Source of the DNA: Octopus vulgaris
Lineage: Eukaryota
Reading direction: 5' to 3'
Length of the DNA stretch: 64,000 bases
NCBI GenBank assembly: GCA_951406725.2
Contig: OX597819.1
Location: 113,646,001-113,710,000 of the forward strand
Positions 1 to 13,150 of this stretch are shown one piece after another (positions within the stretch are counted from its first letter, which is position 1; each line of letters starts with the position of its first letter). The notes under the pieces were generated by a model that made no database searches, was not told where the DNA came from, and saw only the letters and a list, made by a program, of their open reading frames with translations. The translations under genes and the position numbers were made by a program.

Positions 1-2104
1 AGTTGATCAAGGCAGTGATAGAAAGGATGAGAGAGAATGCATATAAACTGGTAAAGTAAGACAGTTTGGTAAAACCAACTGTTAGCTAAGGTAGCCAATG
101 TCCCTAATTCTCAAAAATGAGTTTCCTTTTAATTTATGTAGAGTGTGTAGTTTCCTAAGAACTTGCTGAGCTGATTGGCCGGTTTTAGCCAATGAAAAGA
201 GTTGAGCTGACTTTGTTATATCCATCCTACTTTTGGCATGAGTTTATACCTGAAATTAATATAGCCAATAAGGTTTTTATCAATTTTGGTTTTAGCTGCA
301 ATAGAAATTTCATCATCATCATATCATTACCACTTAATGTCTGTTGTCCATGCTGGCTAAAGTATATGTAGATTTGCCTGGGGGCAAATGAAAGAAAGAG
401 GAACTATGGAAAGCTAATGACAAAATCATTACATGTATGCATGACTGTATGCAAATATGTATATATTTACTTGCATATGCTGGTGAGGTCTAATAAGGAA
501 GAAATAAGTCCATAGATAAGACCTTACCTTAAAACAGTTTAGATTTTTCCTTAAGCATGGCAAGTAAATTTTCTGCAAATTCTTTCTTTTACTAATTAGA
601 AGACAAATTTTAATTCACTGTTATGTATGTTATACATAAATTATTAGTGTATTAGTGTTGTGTTTTTCATAGCTACAGAATATCTGTAAACTTTTTAATC
701 AATACAAACCACGAAGTGTTGACTAAATTTATACATGTATTCTGAGATACTAAAGTACAGTGCAGCACATGCAGACATGCATATACATGTATGCTCATAC
801 ATATGCAGTTAAATGTTTTTAAATGTATATATAAAAAAAAAATATTGAATGAAGGATTCAATGTTTGTATTGAGTCTAATGAAACTGCACACTAATATAC
901 ACAAATATATATAGCTATGTTGTGTTACAAATATATATAACTATATGTGTAAGTATGTGCATGTATAATTTACATGGCTACATATGTGGGTATATCATGA
1001 ACTCTCCTGTTGTCTGATGATGTATAAGGGTTCTGCAATCTCTTGCTGAACAACCACACAGATGATTTGTTTAGCGATTAAATATTTGTGTTCACATAAG
1101 CTAACCCCCTCCGTCAAATCAACATTACTTGTACAGGTGTGCATGACGTGCCGCATGTCATGATGGAATGATCACAGAGCAATGTGAAATGAAGCGATTT
1201 ACTCAAGAACATAGTGCAATACCTGGTATGGGAATCGAAACTACGAACTCGGGATCGTTGGTGTGATACCCTAACCACTAAGCCATGTTTACATATGGAT
1301 ACATACACATACATTGCAGGCATGATTTGAATATCTATCTATCTATATGACTGGCTTCTGTGCCAGTGGCACGTAAAAAGCACCCACTACACTCATGGAG
1401 TGGTTGGCGTTAGGAAGGGCATCCACCTGTAGAAACACTGCCAGATCAGACTGGAGCCTGGTGCAGCCTCCTGGCTTCCCAGACCCTGGTCGAACCATCC
1501 AACCTGTGCTAGCAAGGAAAACAGACGTTAAACGATGATGATATATATATTATACACACACATACATTGCAGGTATAAACTTCTGCAACAAAAGGAAAAA
1601 CAAAACCTCATTTCGGAATATACATTTTTTTTTTCAATTTTTTTAAGCTTTTATTAAGGATAGCATTTAACAATGACAGGGGACACTTTCCTCATAACCT
1701 GTATGCACATACACATGTGCATGCACATGCATACACTTAAACAAATCTTTGTTAATCCACAAATCTATTGCAGGTATTAAAGAGAAAATCTGATTGGCTT
1801 TTGTCTACTGTTTGATAAACTTTGAATGATAAGAAGCATTAGAAATTATTTGTCGATTAGCTAATAAATCTAAACGGATTATGTTAATCCGGTTGGATTA
1901 ATATGTAATTGTTACATGGCTAACAATTTTTACACCTCCTACTCTAATAGATTTTGATGCCAGCTGAGTGCTCCAGTATGTGTGGGTGTGTGCATGCATG
2001 CATGCATATGTTGTGTGTGCACGATTTTATATATATCGTCAAATCATGAACCTGAAAAAGGAGCACACTCTAAGTTATAGAGCAGTAGAGTATATAGATA
2101 TAGA

Positions 2105-2232
2105 TATGGGGTTACCCTGGGTTTAACATAAAGCACTTAGCTTTACACTGTTTTTTTAGACCCTAAACTTGGTCTGAAGAAACAATGTAGAGCTAAGCGC
2201 TTTATGGATATGAAACTCAGGGTAACCCCATA
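2105..2232. repeat. Imperfect fold-back palindrome (MITE-like)
   Basis: tatggggttaccctgggttt...cataaagcacttagctttaca...agacc / ggtct...tgtagagctaagcgctttatg...aaactcagggtaaccccata. Confidence 0.85.
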
Positions 2233-2969
2233 GACCGGCCATATCTACCTCTGTGTGTGTGTGTATTTATAAATATATGAGAATAGAAAGAATAAATATA
2301 TGTTTACTCGGTTCCGCATTATCAGCTGCTCATACATCTGATGAAATGATCATAGAACAATGTAAAATGACATGTTTTACTCAAGAACATAATGCAACAT
2401 CCAGTGTAGGAATCAAAACTACAGTGGCAAGTAAAAAGCACGCACTAAACTCTTGGTATGGTTGGTGTTAAGAAGGGCATCCAGCTGTAGAAACCATGCC
2501 AAATCAGATTGGAACCTGGTGCAGCTTAGCAGGTTTGTCAAATTGTCCAACCCATGCCATGATGATGATGTATAAAATATGCAAATATGAACATCAGTTT
2601 TCAGTGAGGGCATGATTTTGAATGGTCTGTTACAGTTCATGACTCACTTTTACATTACATTTTTGTTTGGATTTCTACGGTTTGATGCCCTTCCTATCAC
2701 CAACTTTTTTACAGATACTGGTTGCTTTTATCATGATTATGCACCAGAGAGGGTATCATGTCTGTGACAAGACTAGAGTCCTCTCAACCTGGTAGTGTCT
2801 TGGCTCATTGCCAACAACTGTACAGAGTGTATTGGGTGCATTTTATCAAGGCAATAGAATTAGTGAGATGGCCTTGCATCACATAACACTAGAAAGTCCT
2901 TACTACTCTGTTTGTACCCTTTCAGTAATGGGTCCATGAAAGTGAATAGAAATGATGGTAAAACATTTT

Positions 2970-3372
2970 GCGAGCTGGCAGAATCGTTAGCACGCCGGGC
3001 GAAATTCTTAGTGGTATTTCGTCTGCCTCTGTGTTCTGAATTCAAATTCCGCCAAGGTCGACTTAGCCTTTCATCCTTTCGGGGTCAATTAAATAAATAC
3101 CAGTTATGCACTGGGGTCGATGTAATTGACTTTATCCATTTGTCTGTCCTTGTTTGTCCTCTCTGTGTTTAGCCCCTTGTGGGTAGTAAAGAAATAGGTA
3201 TTTCACCTGTTGCTACGTTTGGAGTTCAAATTCTGCCGAGATCGACTTTACTTTTCATCCTTTTGGAGTCGATAAATTAAGAACCAGTTACACACTGGGG
3301 TCGATGTAATTGATTTAATCCCTTTGTTTGTCCCCTCTATGTTTAGTCTCTTGTGGGCAATAAAGAAATAAG
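2970..3372 (+). mobile_element. SINE family C, internally duplicated form (other copies 8954-9359 minus, 28031-28375, 39765-39982, 52765-52983, 60090-60818)
   Basis: gagctggcagaatcgttagcacg...gagttcaaattcc..gtcgactttgcctttcatcctttcggggtcgataaattaagtaccag; the body occurs twice. Confidence 0.85.
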
Positions 3373-4747
3373 AAATGTTGGTAAAATAAGGAACTGACAG
3401 GGTGGGTGATAGATGCGGAAGTATAGGAGTGATATATAGTAATAAAAACAGATGATTAATGCCAAATGGAGGTGAAGGTGATCAATGGTACATAGCAGTA
3501 GAGGTTGTTGGTGGAATATAGGAGAGGAGATGGCTGTCGATGGTAAGTCAGTGTGATGGATATCGATAGCAAATGGCTGAGAGGTGAGGGAGAGCTAACT
3601 ACAGATACAGAGGAGTATATATGCTGCTGGCATGAAAAAAAACCTCCACTGTAAAGTGGTTGGTGTTAGGAAAGACATCCAGCTGTAGAAATCGGGTTAA
3701 AATAGACACTGGAGTATGATAGAGTCCTTGAATTCATGAAATCCTGTAAAACCATCTAACTCATGCTAGCATGCAGCACGAGATATTAAATGAAGATCAT
3801 ATGCATTTGTGTGTGTACAAACATCCACACAAATGCATGTGCACACACAAGCACACATACATGCACCCAAAAAGAAATAAAGATCATGACTACCTGGCAA
3901 ACCCATGACAGCATACAAAGTTATAAGTGTGATAACTTTTACATACATATAGATGCACACACACACATATATATGCGTATGTGTGTGCACGCGCACACAC
4001 ATACATATGTGTACCTGTCTGTCTGAGTACTTATGTCTATCTAATGAAGTGAAAAGGTTTAGATAAAAATAGTTTACCATCTTTTTCTGCTTTCTTATCA
4101 TTTTACATGTTTTTCTTATATTCTGTTAACGGATGTTATTTATATATTTTAACAAGTTATGGTTTTACTTCGTTTTGTTTAGTTTTTAATCTCATTACCA
4201 TGGCAACATGTTTAATGATGAGTTGTGAGGATATTTTAAAAATTATTTCATGTTTCTGTGGTGGTTGTTGTTTAACCATAAGCCAGTTACGATCTAGCAG
4301 ACCTATTGATCAAAGGCATTTCTGACAAGTCCATCCTATTTTTATTTTTGTAGTATAATCAACCTCAGACTACATGACCCCATGTTTCCACATTTAACAC
4401 TGTAGGATGGCATTTGAGGGATATTTAGCTACTAGTTCTAGCAAGCTGAGTGACCATGTAGATATTACTTTGTTGGCTGAGTTGTAAAATTTTTCAGTGG
4501 TTGATGTTGTAGTGATTGTTGTGGTGGTTCTAGTTATTTCAGTTTGCAGTATTAAGTTGTGATGTCTGTTGTTGAAGTTTATGATTGTAGTAGTGTTGGT
4601 AGTGGTAGAAATTTGTAGTTGTAATATTAGTAGGTTGTGGTGGTAGTTGTAATATTTTGTGGTATTGGGGATAGTGATGGTGGTAGTAGTAGTAGTGGTG
4701 GTAGAGGTAATTTGTGGTGGCTATTGTAACATAGTGTTTTGTGGTCA

Positions 4748-4980
4748 CTCTTTTACTCTTTTATTTGTTTCAGTCATATGACCTGTGGCCATGCTGGAGC
4801 ACCACCTTTAGTCAAGCAAATCGACCCCAGGATTTATTCTTTGTAAGCTTAGTACTTATTCTATCAGACTCTTTTGCCGAACCGCTAAGTTACTGGGACG
4901 TAAACACACTGGCATCGGTTGTCAAATGATGTTGGGGGACAAACACAGACACACAAACATATACACACACATACATACAT

Positions 4981-5013
<33 letters not shown>

Positions 5014-5210
5014 CACATACATATACATACATATATATACATATATATGATGGAATTCTTTCAGTTTCCGTCTACCAAATCCACTCACAAGGCTTTGGTC
5101 GGCCCGAGGCTATAGTAGAAGACACTTGCCCAAGGTGCCATGCGGTGGGACTGAACCCAGAACCATGTGGTTCATAAGCAAGCTACTTACCACACAGCCA
5201 CTCCTACACC
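4748..5210 (-). mobile_element. tRNA-derived CORE-like SINE family A (also 17059-17501, 20249-20650, 22077-22481, 36985-37343 and partial copies)
   Basis: Head ggcgcaggagtggctgtgtggtaag...ggttcagtcccactgc with A/B boxes, then ggcaccttgggcaagtg, an internal (TA/CA)n tract and a (agtaaaag)n tail. Confidence 0.85.
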
Positions 5211-6912
5211 TGGTTATCATTATGCTGATAATGATGGTAGTGGTGATGGCACTGTTGATGCTGTTCAGTGCAGAATAGTGGTGTTTGCAATAATAACCAT
5301 GGTATTCTGTGGTGGGGATTGTAGTATTAGTATCTAGTGGTTGTTATCACTACAATAATGATAGTAGTGATGATGATGATGCTAATGATATTCTTGATAC
5401 CGTGGAGTTGTGGTGGTGGTATGTTGCTATCTGTGTATGGTGTGTTCTATTTGTTATCTTACCGAAACAATGAGTCTGCTAGCAGCTAGTCCAGTTATAG
5501 CATCATTAATCATCTGTTCTTCTTCTTCTTGTCCTTTCCAACACCTACACAAACTACCCCAAGTCTTATTGTTACTGTTTTCTTGACATTGAAAGCAAAC
5601 ATTTGTCATGCTGCTGTTGTTCAGCTCTAGGTCAGCTCTGGTCAAGCAAACCTATAATTCAAAATTGTTCCAGCTATGACCATCCTGTCTTTCTTAATTA
5701 TTTTTCTTCAAATGTTGTATCCAGGAGCATAATAACCAGTGTCCTATTTTGCTTTTTGAAAATGCTTAAAATGTTGTTTTGATGTGAGATTTAGCTGCTA
5801 GTTCTAGCATATGATCATGTGTTAAGAGATGACAGAATTATCAAGTAGGGTACCAGACAAAATGCTTTGTGATATTTACTTATGTTCCTTTACATTCTGA
5901 GTTCAAATCCTACTGGAGTTATCTTAGTTTTCCATTCTTCTGCGGTCAATAAAAAAAGTGCATGACTGTAAAAAGTACCTTCCAGTAGTTATAATCCTCT
6001 ATGTTTTGAGTTCAAATTCAGCCAAGTTTTTTTGATGTATCACATTCAAATAATACAGCATCCACAATCAACAAAACTGTACAGCTTTGGGCTTAGTCAG
6101 AAATCAGTGATGATAATTGTTATTAGAAAGATGTGTGGTAGAATCATTACAGCACTGGACTAAATGCTCTGCAGTATTTAGTTATGCCCCTATGTGTTGC
6201 GAGTTCAAATCTCATCGGGGTCAATTTTGACATTTGTCCTTACAGAATGGATACTTAGTATTAGTCAAGTATTTGTGCCCCACGTTAGCTACCAGTCCTG
6301 TCATCTAACATTCTTGTAGCAAATAATCACCATTGTTGTCATCATCAGCATTGCTCTCCCAGCCACCACCAAAAGCTTAGTTATCACTTGCAAGTAAATG
6401 TAAAATGGTAGCTTGTAATGTACTTTCACTAGTTGCTTCAGCTGCTTATGTAGTCGCAAGCAGACACGGACACTGTCCTACCTTTGACCCAGTGGAATAT
6501 TGTGGATGTGACAAAGGGAACTGCATCAGCACTTGGCTGGAACTCTTTTACAGTTGAACAAACTGGAGCATCTTGAAATGAAATTCCTTGTTCAAAGACA
6601 CACTATGCTGTCTAGGCCGGTAAATGAACCCACAACCTTATGATCTTAAGCTCAACAGTTATTGCTCATTGAGGTGAGCAGTAAATCTAAGAAATGATTT
6701 GAAGTGTGGTGACCTGTCCAGCTCATGATAGCATGGAAAAATGAATGTGTGAATGAATGTGTGTGTGTGTGTGTACACATTCATTCATGTATACATGTAT
6801 CTGTACATTCATGCACATGTGTTCATTCTCATTCATGCTTATATTTTCATACACATTAATGCTTACATACCTTCATATACATACTTATATTATTTACAAA
6901 TAAGTGTGTATT

Positions 6913-7000
<88 letters not shown>

Positions 7001-7915
7001 TATATATAATGGTGATCTCATTGTTGCTGGTGGCATGTAAAAAGCACCCACCACACTGTAAAGTGATTGGTATTTGGAAGGGTATCCAGCTGTAGAAACC
7101 ATGTCAAAGCATAGTGTAGAGTTTGGCACAGTCTTCTAGCTTGCCGGTTCCTATCAGATCATCCCACCCCATACCAGCATGGATGATGGACATATGATGA
7201 TGATAATTTAGAAATACATAATTGTTGACATGCACACACAAGACACACACGTGTGTGTGTGTGAATATATATTCAATGCAAACATAACACTCTCAGGTAC
7301 TAATAGACAAATATATACAAACATACATGCATACACACTGTAAATGTGATATCTGTAATATTCATTGGGAATGAAATGTCATTTATTTTCTGGCCCCCAC
7401 CCCTTCCACACACACATACATAACCTTACACATCCACATATGTTAATTAGCGAAGAAGCTATAAAGGAAATGTGGCACAGATTTCAAAACACTCTGAGAA
7501 ACAAGGGTCTGTAATGTTAATGTTCTTAGCTCTTCTTGAAGTCTTAAAATAAATATTAAAGAAGTGACTGGTAATGACTGGTGAGCCACGAATGAGTTGG
7601 AGAGGGTCTGTTTGTTTGGCTGTCTGTCTCGTTTTTCAAATGATAAGGAAAAAGTTCTCACTCTGTGAAATAGGGCTTGTTTTCTAGTTGGAATTGGGTA
7701 ATTATGAGAGGAAACCTTACCTTGAAGTAAGATGAAAATTTCAGAAAAGAAATATAAATACACACACTCTGAATTAGAGAGTGTATATGTGTAGATACAC
7801 ACACACACACACATATATATATAATTTAAATATATATATTTACAGAGAGCTTGTGTGTCTTTTTTCATTTAGCCAGGAGTAAAGTGTATAGGAGCAATAT
7901 GTGGAGCGTGTGTGT

Positions 7916-7955
<40 letters not shown>

Positions 7956-8016
7956 AAAACGGACGCTAAACGATGATGATGATGATGATGATGATATACA
8001 CATACATACATACACA

Positions 8017-8048
<32 letters not shown>

Positions 8049-8295
8049 TTACATGTATGCATGGATGTTATGTCTCAGTAATTATGAGTCAAAGTAACCA
8101 AGTACTTATCAGTCTTCTTGAGCTCTCTTAGAGATAAATAATTAGTTTATTTGTTTGGTTTTCTTTTAGTAGGAGACTGTGGAGAGGAGATTTCTATATT
8201 TATTTACTATATTTTATATCCATCATATCTAGGCTTAAAATTGGTTGGTTGAAATCTGTAGATACCAAGGTTGCCATTGCTTCCAGTCAAATGCC

Positions 8296-8369
8296 TTGCA
8301 CTACCCACCACAGCTGACCAATAGGATTATTTTAATAATCCTATTGGTCAGCTGTGGTGGGTAGTGCAA
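8296..8369. repeat. Perfect inverted repeat, 36-bp arms, 2-nt spacer
   Basis: ttgcactacccaccacagctgaccaataggattatt-TT-aataatcctattggtcagctgtggtgggtagtgcaa. Confidence 0.97.
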
Positions 8370-8953
8370 TGCAGTAAAGAAACTTCTATATAGTCTCTAG
8401 AAGTTCTGAAAGTATCTGCTAAATCTTCCTCAAACCACACCTTGTCTTTTTAAGGAGCAAGATATTTTGGGCAATATATTTCTAGGTACTTGATGGAAGG
8501 GATTGTCTTTTATCATTGATTTTGCTGGACCAGAGTACCACCTCTCAGTACCATCATCATCATTTTCATCACTGTTGTTGTCTTCATCATCATTGCCCTC
8601 ATCCATATCATCAACATGATCTATTTAACTGTTGCAAATTAGTAATAAAACCTTATGCTTGTGGTTCTAAAACCATGGGATATGTGACCCTAGGAGTTCA
8701 TACGAGGAATTAATGGGGTTGTGCAATATTTGTAGAAACACTGCAATTTTGAATTAATTGCAACCAACTACTTCTCAATGGTGCATCTTGATATTTAGTA
8801 AATAGTATTTATTACAAAACTTTGTAAGATATTTTGTTTGGAAGTCGAGACAGCCAAAGATAATAATTAATAACATTATATATATGTAATTATGCTCATT
8901 GTTTTATGTAAAATGATACCCACTATTATAAATGATAAACACTGTTATCTAGT

Positions 8954-9359
8954 TTATTATTTCTTTATTGCCCACAAGGGGATAAACATAGAAGGGACAG
9001 ACAAAGGGATTAAGTCGATTACATCGACCCCAGTGTGTAATTAGTACTTAATTTATTGACCCCGAAAGGATGAAAGGCAAAGTCAACCTCAGCGGAATTT
9101 GAATTCAGGATGTAAAGACAGATGAAATACCTATTTCTTTACTACCCACAAGGGGCTAAACACAGAGAGGAAACAACAAGAACAGACAAAGGGATTAAGT
9201 TGATTACATCGACCCCAGTGTGTAACTGGTATTTAATTTATTGACCCCGAAAGGATGAAAGGCAAAGTCAGCCTCGGCGCAATTTAAACTCAACGTAAAG
9301 ACAGACGAAATACTGCTAAGCATTTCGACCGGTGTGCTAACATTTCTGCCAGCTCACCG
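8954..9359 (-). mobile_element. SINE family C, internally duplicated form
   Basis: Reverse complement of 2970-3372. Confidence 0.85.
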
Positions 9360-10789
9360 GCTTAACTGTTGTCTAGTTTATGGTATCCAACCATTTCACA
9401 ATATACTCTTCACAAGTGGTATACCAAAACTGCTGGATATAATGAATGAGTACTTTGGGAGAAAAATTTGGAGACTCCAGCTCCATACAGTTACTGGACT
9501 TGCTAAAATTGCAGCCAATTCCTCATCAAATTGCTGCCATCTTAAAATGAGACTGAATAAAGTAATTCTTGATACATTGTTTGAAAAATAAGATAAGATA
9601 TGATTATGGCTAGAATGCTTTTGTTCTTCTGGATCAGGGCTGACTTGGGGTTAATCTCATTTTTACTGTGATCATCACCTCATTCTGCCATCACCAGCTA
9701 ATGGCCATTAATTAATACTGATACTTCTAGGTGGTTGCTCAATTGGCTTGAAATGGCAGCTAAATCTCCTAATGTTTTAGAAGTAAAATCCTTGATGTTA
9801 TATTGTGAGGAACCAGCTTGCTACAAATAGAAGCCTGTCTTAACAGACATGACTGTGGGGTTGAGAAATTTGCCTTCTAGCCACATGGTTCCATGTTCAG
9901 TCCCTCTGTTTGATACCATGAGTGTCTTTTACTACAGCTCCAGAAAGAAACTGAAAGCAGCCTATTGTGTGTATGTGTCAGTTCCTTACTGCTGCTTGAC
10001 AACTGCTGTTGGTTTGTTTACACCCCTGTAACTTGTTGGATTCGAAAAGGGGACTAACGAAAAGAAATGACTACTGGGTCAAGATGGTACTTCAGTCCAA
10101 TGACCGAAACAAGTTAAAAAATAAAAGATTATTGTCTTAAGAAGTATAGGATGCATTGGTTAATATCCTAGCTGCACTAGTTCTGAATAAAAGATAGGAT
10201 AGTCATTACTGAAACACATCTGATCAAAAGAAGGTTAAAAGCAACAACTGAGCCAAGTAGGGAAAATATGCTGCCTGATGTTCTTTAGTATAAGTGGCAT
10301 TGTTTGAAATTACATATTTTTACATCGTCATGATTTCAATCCAAGGTAGCCCATGTGCTCAACTCTTAAGCAAAACCTATTATTCTGTTTTCTTCCTGTA
10401 AAAAGTATTAATTGCATGTTATGGGTTTTTGACAGGTAGAAAGGTATTTATCTTAGAAGAAGGAGTGCTTTCTCATAAAATTTAGAAATAAATATACCTT
10501 GATAAATTCTTATCTTTAAAATATGGAAGAACCATGCATTTGAAGTCTTAAATTATGTTACAAATATAAATTTACAGCCATCACTAAAAAACACTGGTTT
10601 CAAATTTTGGCACAAGGCCAGCAATTTCAGGGGAGGCAGGTGAATTGATTACATCAACCCCACTGCTTAGCTGGTACTTATTTGGATCTCGAAAGGGATG
10701 AGAGGCATGCCTTGTCTAACAGGAGTTTTTGCAAGGTAGCTTCTGCATTTTCACTTGACATGCTGCAACAAACTTCTCACTTTCTTTAA

Positions 10790-11008
10790 TCCTTTTGTTA
10801 CTGTATTTATTTTGAGATGTTCTGTGTTTCTTTCAATTACTTTAAATACAACTCAGAATTTAGTAAAATAACTTAGTTATCATTAAGCTAGTGTTAGGAA
10901 CAGAAATTGTGGCTAAGGTTTGGTGGAAGATTTTAATTCAAAACTTATGAAAACAAGACATTTGTACTCAGAGCCAGAGCCGGTTTCAGCCGGGTTGGTA
11001 ACGAAAGG
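10790..11008. mobile_element. TTAA-flanked piggyBac-type MITE (family also at 41212-41432 and 45948-46145)
   Basis: TTAA|tccttttgttac...gtaacgaaagg|TTAA; internal sequence is the reverse complement of the 41212 copy. Confidence 0.8.
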
Positions 11009-12250
11009 TTAAATAGGGGATAACTTCTGTTTAAAAGCCTAAATCCTTGGATAAAATGCTGCAGTATTAAGCTTGCTCCATGATCAGAAACAATGCTCAA
11101 ATGATTTGTTTAAAAAGAGCAATCAACAAGATGGTTTCCTACATAGCGAATCTCCAGTAAAGCTAAATCTCCCTCAGCAAACTTGCCTATACTGCACTAT
11201 ACTATATCAAAAATTTTGGGACTGCCTGCTTGGTTAGAAACTGTTGATCATTTTTTTTTATCAGCTATCTTTGCCAAAGGTCTGGTCATGAACAGCTGGC
11301 AAGCATTACTTACAAACAATAATAAATAGCTGAGGTCTTTGTACCTCTACCTTCATTTACCCTAACGTTTTAGGTGTTTGATATATCAGAACAAACATTT
11401 AAGTAATTTATCTTGAAAACTAATAAGGCTAGGAATTCAGATATTTTCTTTTTATCAATGATTAAATAAAGACAAGCCATTTATCTTTTCAATTACAACA
11501 TGTATTTTTTAAATCATGGCTGAAGTATGTGGCTAATCTTTATTCAATATGTCATATGTTAGGTAAGCTATAAGTTATACAAAAAAGGAAATTAAGTTAT
11601 ATGAAAAAAGATGTATAACCATTCTATTTTCATACCCATAGGTTCACATAAATATACTATCTTCCAGACCCTGGTAACTATAATAATTAGTACAAAATAT
11701 TGCAAAGAAAATAAATTTTGCTTTCATTTGATAACCTTTGATAAACTTTTATGTTAAATATCTGTACAGGAATGAGAGAAGGTGTACATTATTGAATGCA
11801 GTCCAATTAGTGTTATTTCTCTTTGGAAGGATGGGAAAGGCAAAGTTAACTTCAACTAAATTTGAATAACAACAAAGAAAGTACTGATGTAGATATTGGT
11901 GAACCATCCCATGTACTGACATAGATATTGTTGCTTCTAGTGCCTTGGGTTATCTCTTATTACCCCGTGGCTGACAATATTAACTAATGAATAAACAAGA
12001 TGATGTGATGTGGTGAGTCTTATTGTGTAATTTGGCCTGTGATAGACATATTTTGTTGTTTACCTTAGAACCTACACTGTTCCAAAGTAAAAGGTCAGGT
12101 ATGGTCTGCTCTTGCCTTAGATTAGGAATCTGTTTAATTTTTGCAGTTCTGTCTGCTGTCATTCTGGCGGTTTGTTTACAATAACAACAGAATAGCGTGT
12201 AGAAGACAACAGTAAGCATACAGCTCTCTCTCTCTCTCTCTCTCTCTCAG

Positions 12251-12283
<33 letters not shown>

Positions 12284-13118
12284 TACATATATATGTGATA
12301 TATATATATATATCACACATCTGATTGATAAAGTGGCTTGAATGTTTTTCATAACATTAGATATGGCAGTACTCTGTGTGTGTGTGTATTGGGAAGTGTG
12401 ATATTGAAGTGCACATGCTGAGTGAATAAAATACTGTACATTAGCCAATAGATTTTGGTGTCTGTTGTATATTTAGGGGGCACCCCTTCTTCATGGCTTT
12501 TCTGTTGTTCACTTTCTGTTTTGTGTTATATTCTGTGTACTGTATATGTACTTTTGGCTTTCAATGCTGTCTTACTTTACCTGACTTATTGCTGTTTTCT
12601 GTTCCTCCTTTTATCTCAATACTGTATACAATAAGATCATTTATTGTTAAGGCAGCAACACAGTGAGTTGGCAGAATTGTTAGTACATTCCACAAAATGC
12701 TTAGTGGCTTCTTGTCCATCTTTACCTTCTGAATTCAAATTCTGCCCAGGTTGACCTTGCCTGTCATCCTTTCAGGGTCAATAAAATAAGTACCAGTTAA
12801 GTCCTGGGGTCAATGTAATCAACCTACCCTCTCCTCTGAAATGTGCTGAAATTTCAAACCATTATTAAGGTAAAATGTTTAGCATTTCTTCTGGCTCCTT
12901 ACATTCTGGGTTCAAGTCCTGCCAAGGTCAATTTTGCCTTTTATCCATTTGAAATTGATAAAATAAAGTACCAGCCAAGTACTGGGGTTAATGTTATTCA
13001 CCAACTCCTTCCCCACTTAAATTGCTTGCCTTATGCCAAAATTATACAAGTAGCAGGCTTGAAGAATTATATATGTATGTATGAACAATTACTTTTCTAA
13101 AGGCAGTGAGCAGGCAGA

Positions 13119-13150
<32 letters not shown>

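Noticed and set aside
521-575. Possible minus-strand mini-exon (ttgcag...aag|gtaagg)
   Set aside because: The acceptor lacks a pyrimidine tract and I found no partner exons.
7443-7868. 141-aa minus-strand ORF
   Set aside because: It starts in microsatellite sequence and has no recognisable domain or compatible neighbouring exons.
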